A stretch of 64,000 nucleotides of DNA, taken from contig CBDAON010000004.1 in NCBI GenBank assembly GCA_965198065.1, forward strand, positions 1,504,001-1,568,000, read 5' to 3'. The notes beneath the pieces were generated by a model. It saw only the letters and a list, made by a program, of their open reading frames with translations, was not told the DNA's origin and ran no database searches. The DNA comes from Longimicrobiales bacterium (lineage in GTDB: Bacteria > Gemmatimonadota > Gemmatimonadetes > Longimicrobiales > Gaopeijiaceae). The position numbers and the translations under genes are program-made. Position 1 is the first letter of the stretch, and each line of letters begins with the position of its first letter. This document shows, in pieces, positions 8,519-17,821 of this stretch.

Positions 8519-9724
8519 TCAACCGACCCGCTGGGCCTCCGGGTCCCGACGCTCGCCCGCCAGATACGCAGCCCAATTGTCCATCAGGACGCGCCTGCGC
8601 TCGAAGAGGTCCGAACGCGCATAGGCAGCTTCCACCTTGTTACGAACCGCATGCGCCAACGCGGCCTCGGCGACTTCACGCGGTGCGTTGGAACACTCGC
8701 CGCACCAGTCCCTGAAGCTCGACCGGAAGCCGTGCGGCACGGCCGCGATACCCAGGTCTCGAAGCAGCGTGGAGAGTCTGCTGTGGGCAGATGCGCGGCC
8801 CTCCGGCGACGGGAAAACGAGACCGCTGCCGCCGCCGAGCGTCCGCGCCTCGCTCAGTACCTCCACAGCGCGCCCGGACAGCGGCACCCTGTGGGGGCGA
8901 TGGGCCTTCGTGCGTTCGGCGGGAACCGTCCACTCTCGAGCCTCCAGGTCGATTTCATCCCAGTGCGCCAAGCGAACCTCTCCCGAGCGGGCCACCGTCA
9001 ACACCAGGAACTCGAAGGCGAGTTTCGTGGCCGGGTAAGCGTGCGACTTCCGCACCGTCTCCATCGCGCCCGCGACCTTCGAGTGAGGCAACGCGCGCAT
9101 GTGCCGGACTACGGCTTGCTGTCGGCCAAGCGCTTGACCGAGCACATCGCTGGCGGGGTTGTCCGGCCGAAGCCCCATCGCCACCGCCCACTTCATCACC
9201 GCCCCGATGCGCTGGCGCACCCGTCTGGCAGTCACCTGCTTGGCGTGCCAGATCGGTGTCAGCACCGCCAGGATGTCGGCTGTCGTTATCTCCCCAACCG
9301 GTCGATGGCCCAGCTGTGAGAACGCATAGACGCGCAGGCTGGAGACCCAGTCCTTTGCATGCCTGGCGCTGCGCCAGCCCGGCCGCAGCTGTTCCAGAAC
9401 GCGGGCGGCCGCTTCGGCGAACGTGGGCATGTCCCGGACCTTGTGCCGCTCGGTACGCGGATCACCGCCCGAGCGCGCGATCTTGCGGTTCATGAATGCC
9501 TTCTCGCGGGCCTCGGCCAGCGATACCAGCTGGTAGCCCCCCAGGCCCAGCGTGCGGTTTCGACCCTGGATCCGCAGACGCTGCTCCCATCGGCGCGCGC
9601 CCGATCGGTCCACGCGCAGATAGAGGCCGTTCCCATCGCAGTAGTATCCGGGCTTGGCGCTGCGCACGAAGGCCGCGCTGAGTGCGTTATGCGGGCGCCT
9701 GCCTCGGTGTTTGGGCAAATCCAA
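8519..9724 (-). CDS. P4-like tyrosine recombinase/integrase with arm-binding N-terminal domain
   Basis: DGNGLYLRV..G..W and LGLGGY..VSLAEARE N-domain; catalytic ARSGE, HGFRSSFRDW, LAH, AAY. Confidence 0.93.
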   Translation of the reverse strand: MDLPKHRGRRPHNALSAAFVRSAKPGYYCDGNGLYLRVDRSGARRWEQRLRIQGRNRTLGLGGYQLVSLAEAREKAFMNRKIARSGGDPRTERHKVRDMPTFAEAAARVLEQLRPGWRSARHAKDWVSSLRVYAFSQLGHRPVGEITTADILAVLTPIWHAKQVTARRVRQRIGAVMKWAVAMGLRPDNPASDVLGQALGRQQAVVRHMRALPHSKVAGAMETVRKSHAYPATKLAFEFLVLTVARSGEVRLAHWDEIDLEAREWTVPAERTKAHRPHRVPLSGRAVEVLSEARTLGGGSGLVFPSPEGRASAHSRLSTLLRDLGIAAVPHGFRSSFRDWCGECSNAPREVAEAALAHAVRNKVEAAYARSDLFERRRVLMDNWAAYLAGERRDPEAQRVG

Positions 9725-10047
9725 TTCGGGAGTCCCCGTATAAAATATCGTATGTTATATACGGGAACATAGTGGACACACAGCGACAGTGCAACCGGGA
9801 GTGTCCTACATAACTCAATGTGATAGCTATAGTTATAGAATCTTATCAGACACATATGGATTGTATTGGAATCTATGTGTAGCAGACGATTGATCAGCTC
9901 TCCGGGGCAGCTTGCGGTGCCGCGTAGTTGCCGACGCGCGAGCGGCCGCGTTTTCTCGCTCGGCATCCGGGGCCCCGCTATCTTGCGAATGACGCGCGGA
10001 GGCGCGGGCACCGCCCTCCCGGAGCGAACCCACGAGGCGGGAATCCG

Positions 10048-10479
10048 ATGGCGCACGGGGAGGGAACAGATCCGAGCCTGGCCACGAGAGCGCACGAGCT
10101 CTACTGGAACTCCGACCAAAGCGTAAACTCGATCGCGGACGACCTCGGGCTCTCGAAAGGCCGCCTGTACGAGTTGGTGCACCCGTTGCCCGTGGGGGTG
10201 CTCTGCGCGGAGTGCGGGACGGAGCTCGTCTACGACACCCGAACCGCACGCGAGCGGGACCTCCCCACATGTCCGTTTTGTCGTGGGGCTGAGGGCGAGC
10301 CTCGGCCCGCCGCCGGGCTGGCCTCGGCCAAGAGGAGCGGGGCACCGGGGGGTCTCCACACCGCCGGCGACCCGAGTCGCCCGAGCGCTCCCGATTCCGG
10401 AGACCCAGCCCGCGTCCTGGGCGGCCTCTTGATTGGAGTGGCCGCGGCCCTCCTCCTCGTTCGCTACCTCCGCCGGTGA
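10048..10479 (+). CDS. Hypothetical HTH + Zn-ribbon protein with C-terminal membrane anchor
   Basis: SVNSIADDLGLSKGRLY; CAEC...CPFC; C-terminal hydrophobic helix. Confidence 0.65.
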   Translation: MAHGEGTDPSLATRAHELYWNSDQSVNSIADDLGLSKGRLYELVHPLPVGVLCAECGTELVYDTRTARERDLPTCPFCRGAEGEPRPAAGLASAKRSGAPGGLHTAGDPSRPSAPDSGDPARVLGGLLIGVAAALLLVRYLRR

Positions 10480-11387
10480 GCCCTCCATCCCGCGGTTCCC
10501 CCGCGGGAGAGCCGTCCGAGCCTCCCGTGGCCGCGAAGGACTCGCAGGCCGCCGAGCTCGAGGCTATCCCGGACACGCAGTCCCGGACCGTCGCCGAGCG
10601 ATTCGCCCGGCGGGTCGAGATGCGGGTCCCGGATCGTCACAATCCCCGGCTCCGCGAGACAATGGAATGGGTGAACGCGAACGACGAGCTCTATGCCTAT
10701 TGGGTATCGGCGAACGTGAACGCGATCGAGCGGCAGGGGATGAGCGACCACGGCCCGGTGCACGTGAAGATCGTGATGAACCTCGCGGTCCGTCTCCTGC
10801 GGCTGCTGATGGACGGCGGTGTTGAGCCGGCAGTAGTGACCTCGTTCGGCCTCGAGCGCGAGGACGCAGAGGTGGTGGTGGCACTGGCCGCTCTCTTCCA
10901 CGACCTCGGGATGTCGATCCATCGCCACGACCACGAAAGCTACTCGCTCTTCCTGTCGAAGGACCTACTCGGGGAGCTTCTCCCGAGGATTTACGACGCC
11001 CGGACGGCTGCCGTCCTCCGATCTGAGGTCCTTCACGCGATCATCGGACACCGTAGCGACGGGACGCCCCAGACCCTGGAGGCTGGAGTCGTGCGGATCG
11101 CCGACGCGCTCGACATGGCAAAGGGACGCTCGATAATCCCCTTCGAGGCAGGCTCCGTGAGCATCCATTCGGTGTCCGCCGCGGCCGTGGAGCAGGTGCA
11201 CCTCACGCCGAGTCAGCACAAGCCCGTCCGGATCGGTATCGAGCTGTCGAACTCGGCCGGTATCTTCCAGCTCGACCAGCTGTTTCGAAACAAGCTCAAG
11301 GGAAGCGGGTTGGAGCCATACGTGGAGCTCGACGCCTCCCTAGCGGGGGATAGCGAAAAACGACTTTTTCGCCATTTTCAGCTCTGA
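10476..11387 (+). CDS. HD-superfamily metal-dependent phosphohydrolase
   Basis: MSDHGPVH, ALFHDLGMSIHR..H, RIADALDM. Confidence 0.85.
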   Translation: MSPPSRGSPAGEPSEPPVAAKDSQAAELEAIPDTQSRTVAERFARRVEMRVPDRHNPRLRETMEWVNANDELYAYWVSANVNAIERQGMSDHGPVHVKIVMNLAVRLLRLLMDGGVEPAVVTSFGLEREDAEVVVALAALFHDLGMSIHRHDHESYSLFLSKDLLGELLPRIYDARTAAVLRSEVLHAIIGHRSDGTPQTLEAGVVRIADALDMAKGRSIIPFEAGSVSIHSVSAAAVEQVHLTPSQHKPVRIGIELSNSAGIFQLDQLFRNKLKGSGLEPYVELDASLAGDSEKRLFRHFQL

Positions 11388-11418
11388 CCGAGACCAACAG
11401 GGACACACGGGAGCAACC

Positions 11419-12156
11419 ATGACCTACACGACCCGACCTTCCCCCATCCTCCGGGCGGTTGGCGCCTCGACGTTCCTTATCTTCGCCGCCGCCGGGTGCG
11501 GTGACGAGGGCGCTCAGGTCGAAGCCTCCGCGCAAGCCACGGGGGCCCCGGCCGAGACCCAGACGCTCGACCTGTCCTGGCTCGGCCACGACGAGGGGAA
11601 CGAAGCCACCGCGGCCTTCGGGGTGATCGAGTTCGCCGACTTCGGCTGCATTCACTGCTACAACTTCCATCACGACAGCTATGCGGCCCTGCACGCCGAG
11701 TTCATCGCCTCGGGGGACCTGCTCTGGAAGTACGTCCCCGTGACGCTCGCGGGATTCCCGAACTCCGAGTTGGCCGCGCTCAGCGGAATCTGCGCAGCCG
11801 ACCTGGGCCGGTTCGCGGAAATGCGCGATCACCTCTACGAGACCCAGACCGAGTGGGTCGTGAGCAGTGGAGGGACGGCCCTCTTCGTGGAGTACGCGGC
11901 GAGCGTCGGGCTGAATACCGACCAGTTCCAGGCCTGTCTCTTGGAGCCTCGGGCCATGGCCCGGCTCGAGGCGAACAACGGGATGGCCCGGCAGATCGGG
12001 GTGCGCGGCACCCCCACCTTCCTCATCGCGGGGAGCCCGGTTCAGGGTGCCCCTCCCCTCGAAAACTTCCAGGGGGCGCTTCGGGAGATGATCTCCGAGG
12101 CCCGCGCTCGGGAGAGCGGTGGGGGCGCGGCCCCGCCCCCGGCGGCGAGCCCCTGA
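11419..12156 (+). CDS. DsbA/thioredoxin-fold lipoprotein
   Basis: Lipobox AAGC; EFADFGCIHC; GVRGTPTF. Confidence 0.88.
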   Translation: MTYTTRPSPILRAVGASTFLIFAAAGCGDEGAQVEASAQATGAPAETQTLDLSWLGHDEGNEATAAFGVIEFADFGCIHCYNFHHDSYAALHAEFIASGDLLWKYVPVTLAGFPNSELAALSGICAADLGRFAEMRDHLYETQTEWVVSSGGTALFVEYAASVGLNTDQFQACLLEPRAMARLEANNGMARQIGVRGTPTFLIAGSPVQGAPPLENFQGALREMISEARARESGGGAAPPPAASP

Positions 12157-12209
12157 CCGGACGGCGGGACGGCCCTGCTCCTGCCCAGCGGGGATCGGCC
12201 AGGCGGGAG

Positions 12210-13129
12210 TCGTACGTCAGGGTCGCGCCGATCCTCGTCTTCGTGCTGGTAGCCGGCACGGCCTCATGCGGCCCCGCCTTCGTGGGCTTCTCCGCGCCCT
12301 GCACCCTGGCTGCCCCCACCCGTTTCCTCCCCTCCGAGATCGCGGAGAGCAGCGGCCTCGTGGCCAGCCGGAGCCGGCCGGGGGCCTTCTGGACGCACAA
12401 CGATGGGCCGGGGTATGAACCGCTCTACCTGATCGATGCGGGCGGAGGATTGCTTGAGTCCGTTCGGCTGGTCGGCGCGTCCGTTCAGGATTGGGAAGAC
12501 CTCGCGATCGGTGGGTGCGGACCGAACGGCGAGACGATCTGTCTGTACCTCGCCGACACCGGGGACAACGACGAGCGCCGGGACGAGCCCACACTCTACC
12601 GAGTCCCGGAGCCGCCTCCCGGAGCGTCCGAGACGGCACCACTCCAGCGCTTCGCGCTCCGTTTCCCGGACGGCCCGAGAGACGTAGAGGCCCTCTACCT
12701 GCTTCCCGGAGAGCGCCTCTTCCTCGTCACGAAGGGCAGGAACCAGCCGGTGGAGCTCTACCGTGTGCCGGCTCTCCCCACGCTCGAAGCGGTGCCGCCG
12801 GACGTGCCTCTCATGCTCGAGCGCGTTCAGGCCCTCACCTCCGAAGCACCCCCTCTTCCTCAGTGGGTTACGGGGGCGAGCGCCACCCCGGATGGACGCT
12901 TCATCGCCATCCGCACGTACGCGACCCTTCAGCTCTACCGTCCCGGTCCCGGAGGAACGGTGGTTCCCCTGCGGGCGGCCTGGTGAACCTCAGCGTGGTC
13001 GGCGAGGTCCAGGGTGAGGCGGTCGCGTTCGCCTCGGGAACGAATGTCGTCCTGACGAGCGAGGCCGGGCCGCTGGGCGGAAGAGGGACGCTTTCGACGC
13101 TCCGGTGCACACCCGAGGAAGGCCGTTGA
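12210..13129 (+). CDS. Exported beta-propeller-like hypothetical (lipo)protein; frameshift near 12970; start uncertain
   Basis: ESSGLVASR, WTHND, DWEDLA, ADTGDN, DVEAL; continues in another frame as QGEAVAF..LTSE. Confidence 0.55.
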
Positions 13130-13149
13130 GCGACCCGACCTATTCTGCT

Positions 13150-13284
13150 ATGGCGCAGCACCAACCGTGTGCCGGATGGCGACCCACCATGCCTCACGAC
13201 ATGCGCGGGTTCCTCGAGAAACCGTTCCGGACGGAGCGCCTCCTCCGGGAGGTTCGATGGGTCCTGGACTCGGATGGGGAGTGA
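13150..13284 (+). pseudogene. Response-regulator receiver C-terminal remnant
   Basis: GFLEKPFRTERLLREVRWVLD (receiver KPF motif) without the N-terminal Asp pocket. Confidence 0.5.
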
Positions 13285-13807
13285 GGAGCCGGCGGGCCCC
13301 ACGGGCGGCTATGTCGCCCCGGCCGGAACCCGCATCGGGCACGTGCACCTGAAGGGCTCGGATCTCGAGCGCGCCCTGGATTTCTACCGAGGTGTGCTGG
13401 GACTCGACCTGACCCAGCGTTACGGCAGAAGCGCCGCGTTCCTCTCGGCGGGCGGCTATCACCACCACATCGGGTTGAACACGTGGGAGAGCCTCGGTGG
13501 CTCGCCCCCGCCCCGGAGCGCGACCGGACTCTACCACGTCGCCCTTCTCTATCCGGACCGGCCCAGTCTCGCGCGCGCGGTCCGGAGGGTGCTCGATGCC
13601 GGTCTCCAGCTCGAGGGCGCAAGCGACCACGGTGTGAGTGAGGCCGTGTATCTGAGGGACCCCGACGGAAACGGCATCGAGCTCTACCGCGACCGGCCGC
13701 CCGAGGACTGGCCCCGGGAAGCGGACGGCGAGCTCCGCATGGGAACCGGGCCGCTCGACCTCGGGTCGTTACTGGACGACGCCGAGCCCGCAGGCGACGA
13801 CGCCTGA
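13274..13807 (+). CDS. VOC/glyoxalase family protein (CatE-like)
   Basis: IGHVHL, GGYHHHIGLNTW, GLYHVAL, DHGVSEAVYLRDPDGNGIELY. Confidence 0.9.
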   Translation: MGSEEPAGPTGGYVAPAGTRIGHVHLKGSDLERALDFYRGVLGLDLTQRYGRSAAFLSAGGYHHHIGLNTWESLGGSPPPRSATGLYHVALLYPDRPSLARAVRRVLDAGLQLEGASDHGVSEAVYLRDPDGNGIELYRDRPPEDWPREADGELRMGTGPLDLGSLLDDAEPAGDDA

Positions 13808-13810
13808 CCC

Positions 13811-14317
13811 ATGCGCCTCCGCCTCACCTTCCTGGCCGCCGCAGGCCTCGCAGGTTCGCTCGTGGCCATCACTCCTGCTTGGGCCCGAGGCCAGGTCGTT
13901 CTGGGCATTCATGCGGTCGAGGCATCGAGCACCCTCGGCGGATCCACCGGGGCGGGGCTTCGGGCAGGACTCGACCTCCCGCTGCTTCCGTTCGACGTCC
14001 TGGCCTCGGCCGAGTACTTCTTTCCGAGCTGTACGGACGAGCAGGAGGGATGCGCGTTCTGGGGCGCCGCGCTGGACGCGAACGTGGAGATGATCTCCCC
14101 GGTGGTGACTCCGTATGTCTCGGGTGGCGTGGCGTGCCGGAGCTTGAAGCTCTTCGAGGGGGACGACGCGGAGACCGCGTCGGGAGCCAGCGTGGGCGCC
14201 GGGGTCAGCGTTTCGCTCGGCCGGCTTCGCGGATTCGCGGAAGTGCGCTACGAGCTGGTCCAGATCCCCGACCGGCAGACCTTGATCCGCGCGGGGCTCC
14301 TGATCGGGGTCCCCTGA
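13811..14317 (+). CDS. Outer-membrane beta-barrel protein
   Basis: Signal peptide; alternating beta strands, TPYVSGG, FAEVRY. Confidence 0.65.
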   Translation: MRLRLTFLAAAGLAGSLVAITPAWARGQVVLGIHAVEASSTLGGSTGAGLRAGLDLPLLPFDVLASAEYFFPSCTDEQEGCAFWGAALDANVEMISPVVTPYVSGGVACRSLKLFEGDDAETASGASVGAGVSVSLGRLRGFAEVRYELVQIPDRQTLIRAGLLIGVP

Positions 14318-14320
14318 GGG

Positions 14321-15013
14321 CTACCCCCACACGTCGAAGGGATCGGGCCCCTGGAGTCCCGGATCCACATAGGCGGACAGGAGCTGCACGAGCTCTTCGA
14401 CGAGAGTCTCGCGGGTGAGAGTCGGGGCCTCGTCTCCCGCTCCCGGCGACGCAAGGCCCGTGGCCGAGGGGTCGCCCAGGACCCCGGTAAGGACGCGCGC
14501 GACCAGCGCCGCCTTTGGTAGCTCAATCGCCAGCAGATCCGCCAACTCCCCCGCGAAGAACCTCTCGAGGCGACGCCGGCGCGTGGGCGGGGGATCGTCG
14601 AGTCCATCCAGGAGGGCCAGCCGACTCGCCGGCCCGTCCAGGTAGAGCTCCGCCATCGAGCTCACGACTGCGGCGACCCGTCTCCGGACGGCTCCGCCCG
14701 CCCCCATGGCGTCGCGCGCAACCCTCCACGTCGCCATCGCCTCGTCCAGCGCTCCCTCGCCTAGATAGCGGAGGAAGTCCTCCTTCCCCTGAAAGCGCGC
14801 ATAAAAGGAACCGACGGAGGTGCGGGCCCGCCTCGTGACCCCCGTGATCGTCAGGGCGTCGGGCCCGCCTGCCCGCAGCAAAGCGGCGCCGGCGTTCGCG
14901 AGACGCTCGAGCGTCCGGCGGCTCCTCTCCTGCTGAGGCGCTCGGACAAGCGCTTCCGCAGGGGCGTCGGAACCGCGAATCGGGGCCGGGTCATGGTCGT
15001 TATGCACGTTCAC
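14321..15013 (-). CDS. TetR/AcrR family transcriptional regulator
   Basis: PQQERSRRT...LTITGVTRRARTSVGSFYARFQGK. Confidence 0.85.
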   Translation of the reverse strand: MNVHNDHDPAPIRGSDAPAEALVRAPQQERSRRTLERLANAGAALLRAGGPDALTITGVTRRARTSVGSFYARFQGKEDFLRYLGEGALDEAMATWRVARDAMGAGGAVRRRVAAVVSSMAELYLDGPASRLALLDGLDDPPPTRRRRLERFFAGELADLLAIELPKAALVARVLTGVLGDPSATGLASPGAGDEAPTLTRETLVEELVQLLSAYVDPGLQGPDPFDVWG

Positions 15014-15217
15014 CGAGAGCTGATAGGAACCGTGCTGGCTCGACGAACAGGGTAAGACCGAGATTGTACTAAAACAAGGATTCTGGTTTTGAGAAGCGGA
15101 TGTGGGCCGTGCGTCAACTCTGCCTGGGGGTCTCGGGATCGACGCGACGCGGGGTCGCATGCGCGGTAAGGTCCAGGGGGTAGCGTCCGGCAACCCGCGA
15201 CATCGGAGGTCCCCAAC

Positions 15218-16030
15218 ATGCCTCGCCACCTCTCGCTTCCGGTCTTTTCGCTGTTCCCGCCACCCTATGCGGCGTTCCTCCCGGTGGACCCGACCGAGGG
15301 ATTTGCGTCCAGGCAGGAGGTGCTGAGGGGGGTGGCGCTGCTCTGGTACATGGAGCAGGGGCACGGCACCGAGGAGCTCGCTTGGGCAGCGACGCGCCCG
15401 CCCGGGGTTCCGCTGATGGTCATCCTGCCGCCGTCTGCCGTCGTGCGGCGTCTGAAGAATCGCGTGCTCGAGATCGTCGAGGAGGCGCGGCCGCAGTCAA
15501 TCCTTCCCTACCACCCCGTCCCCGATCCGGAGGAGATGTGTCACCTTCTCCGTCGTGAACCGGAGGGGCTGGCCGGAGAGCTCGTGGATTTCCTCCACCT
15601 GGCGCGGACTTCGACTGGATCAGGAGACACGGAGGATCGTGCGTCGCGTCGCCGACCTGTCGGCGGAGGTTCGAACCCTGACGGCGCTCGCCCGGGGCGT
15701 CTATCTGTCGCGCCGGGCTCTGGGAAGACGATTCAGGGATCGAGGCCTCCCGGTGCCGTCGCACTGGCTCCAGTTCTGCAGGATCTTGCGCACCGCCATC
15801 AAGCTCCAGAACTGCGACGCGCCCCTCCACGAGGTCGCTCGGTCCCTCGGGTATCCCGACGGCTTCACCCTGAGCAATCAGATGGACCGCCTGGTGGGCA
15901 TACGCCCATCGCTCGCCCGTGAGAGACTGGGATGGGAGTGGGTCGTGGAGGCGTGGCTCCAGTTGGAGGGGAGGAGCAGCGGACTCGAGGTCCCGCTCCC
16001 CGGGCTGGTCGAGTCCGGAGATCGAGGAAG
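15218..16030 (+). CDS. AraC-type HTH regulator, frameshift near 15598; frame reads through into an ATPase fragment
   Basis: LARGVYLSRRALGRRF..GLP.PSHWL...EVARSLGYPDGFTLSNQM. Confidence 0.7.
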
Positions 16031-16214
16031 CTCGCAAGGCAGCGCTGCGGTCCCGCCCCGGGGACCTGACCGGTCGGACGCACCGCCTCTCGCCCGTGAC
16101 CAGAATGGTCGTGACGACGCCGTCGACCGGATTTCGGAGAAGCTCCGTGACCTGCTGCAGGTCTTCGCGTCGTCCTACGAGGGGGGGGATCCTCGGCCAT
16201 CGAGACCGCGGACG

Positions 16215-16705
16215 CTCGCCGAGCCGCGAGATCGCCGAGGCGGGATTGGAAAAACACGCCTGGTTCGAGAGGCCCTCGCGCGCGCTCCGTTCGACGGACT
16301 GCGGGTGCTACAGAGAACCTGCTCGGACTTCGAGCAAACTATCCCTCTGAGCCCGATCCTCCGATCCCTCACGCCGGACTGGGTGGGGCACGCGATCCAC
16401 GAGGTCGGCCACCCGTGGGACTCGATCCTTCTTCCACTGCTACCGGAGCTCTGGCAAGCCGGTCGCCCGGAGTCACCGGCCTTTCGGGGCCAGGCCGAGG
16501 AGGTTCCGAGCGCTACGCGCGAGGCCTTCCTGCGGCTGTTCACGCAGCTGGCCGACACCGACCCGCTGGTGGTCTTTCTGGACGACTTTCACTGGGTCGA
16601 CCGTACGTCGCTCTCGGTCCTCGAGCATCTCCGCGGCCGGTGGACGGGGCGCGGACTGGTGCTGGTGCTCGCACTTAGGCCAGCCGAAGTCCGGCCGACC
16701 TCCCC
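16215..16705 (+). pseudogene. STAND/AAA_16 ATPase fragment (LuxR/SARP-regulator type)
   Basis: GGIGKTRLVREA; PLVVFLDDFHWVD; truncated on both sides. Confidence 0.7.
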
Positions 16706-17482
16706 CCTGGGGTCCCTCGTCTCAATCGCCTTCACGAGCACCCGCAGCAAGTCCCTGTTGGCCGCCTCTAACCTGAACTTCGCGAGGTACGAGTACCGAA
16801 TGAACAAGAGGGGAAGGAGCGAAACGAAGAGGCCGATTACGTGCAGCTCGAAGTAAAGGAATGCTACAAGAATCGCGACGGGAAGCACCATCAGGTCGTT
16901 CAGCACTGTGCCGCCGACCCGGTACGCGGCCTTACGAAGCACAGTCCAGACTTGGTCCTTCTGGCTCAACGCAATCGCAACCGCTACGGCAACGTGGTTG
17001 ATCAACAGGGCGGTGACGCCAAACGCCAACACCGGCCCCACCTGAGGGTTAAAGCCGTCCAATTCCGAACCCGCGACAGCCAGGGGATATCCTCCCGTGG
17101 CCCCGAACAGAGCACCGGCTGCCCACGTCGCCACCACGTACTGAGATGTATTGAAGAGCGCCCGAAGCAGCGGCTTCCTTCGGATGACGAACTCCGCGGA
17201 CGTCGCCGTCACGACGATGAAGAAGACGGCTGGTACTGGTCCGAACAGGAGAATTGCCGCAACCAGGGGCAGGAAGACAAGGGACGACCGCCCGCCGGAC
17301 ACCCCAATGTTGGACGAGAAAGCAGAGCCTTCGGAGAAGACACCAAGAGCTATGAGGGCAAGGAGGCCTAGGACGGCGGATGGGGGGAGATTTACGAGCG
17401 CGCCCCAGTCAGCCAGCACGAGCACTCCCGAAGCGAGGAGCGCAGTGGCAACTACGTAAACGTGGATCGCTCTCAATGGCAT
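16706..17482 (-). pseudogene. Multi-TM sensor of an HD-GYP-type phosphodiesterase, truncated before the HD motif
   Basis: About 7 hydrophobic helices, then ANRDLLRVLVKAIETRDP, the usual lead-in to YTxGHS of HD-GYP domains, which is missing. Confidence 0.7.
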
Positions 17483-17502
17483 GCCGATGGATCGCCCCCC
17501 TC

Positions 17503-17544
17503 TCTGGACCCGTTCCTACCACGTCTGGACCCGTTCCTACCACG
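17503..17544. repeat. Perfect 21-bp tandem duplication TCTGGACCCGTTCCTACCACG x2
   Basis: Read directly: 17503-17523 and 17524-17544. Confidence 0.95.
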
Positions 17545-17608
17545 TGAGGAAGCCGCGTAGGAACCCGAACGCCATAAGGCTGCAGCAGAAGTCAACGAGA
17601 GCACGCAT
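17537..17608 (-). CDS. 23-aa hydrophobic peptide MRALVDFCCSLMAFGFLRGFLTW
   Basis: Minus-strand RBS AAGAGGAGGTGA 6 nt before ATG; ends 54 nt before the HD-GYP-type sensor gene on the same strand. Confidence 0.7.
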   Translation of the reverse strand: MRALVDFCCSLMAFGFLRGFLTW

Positions 17609-17639
17609 AACCGATCACCTCCTCTTGTCCTTAGGACGG

Positions 17640-17813
17640 GGTGTCGGCCGCTGTCACCACCGGGGCGCGCGACGATCCGAGCGGAGAGCACGCCTGTCAG
17701 GCTCGAAAGCAGCCGCTCCGCCTCCTCGATCGTCCAGAGGTGTGGCCCTCCTCTCTCCGCGGGCTTGGCCGGCACTCATGCTCTCCCGTGGTCCGGCGGC
17801 GATCTCCGCAACT
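17640..17813 (-). pseudogene. Fragment of a conserved hypothetical gene disrupted by IS256
   Basis: WTIEEAERLLSSLTGVLSARIVARPGG; its 5' end and a TTGACG-17-TAGCGT promoter-like site lie beyond the IS at about 19265-19353. Confidence 0.4.
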
Positions 17814-17821
17814 GGAAATTC

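Noticed and set aside
9895..9930. Possible tRNA or ncRNA at the island border
   Set aside because: Only one imperfect hairpin; no T-arm GTTCGA or cloverleaf
17503..17544. Possible CRISPR or mini-array
   Set aside because: Two adjacent copies with no spacer; no repeat-spacer array was seen anywhere in the window
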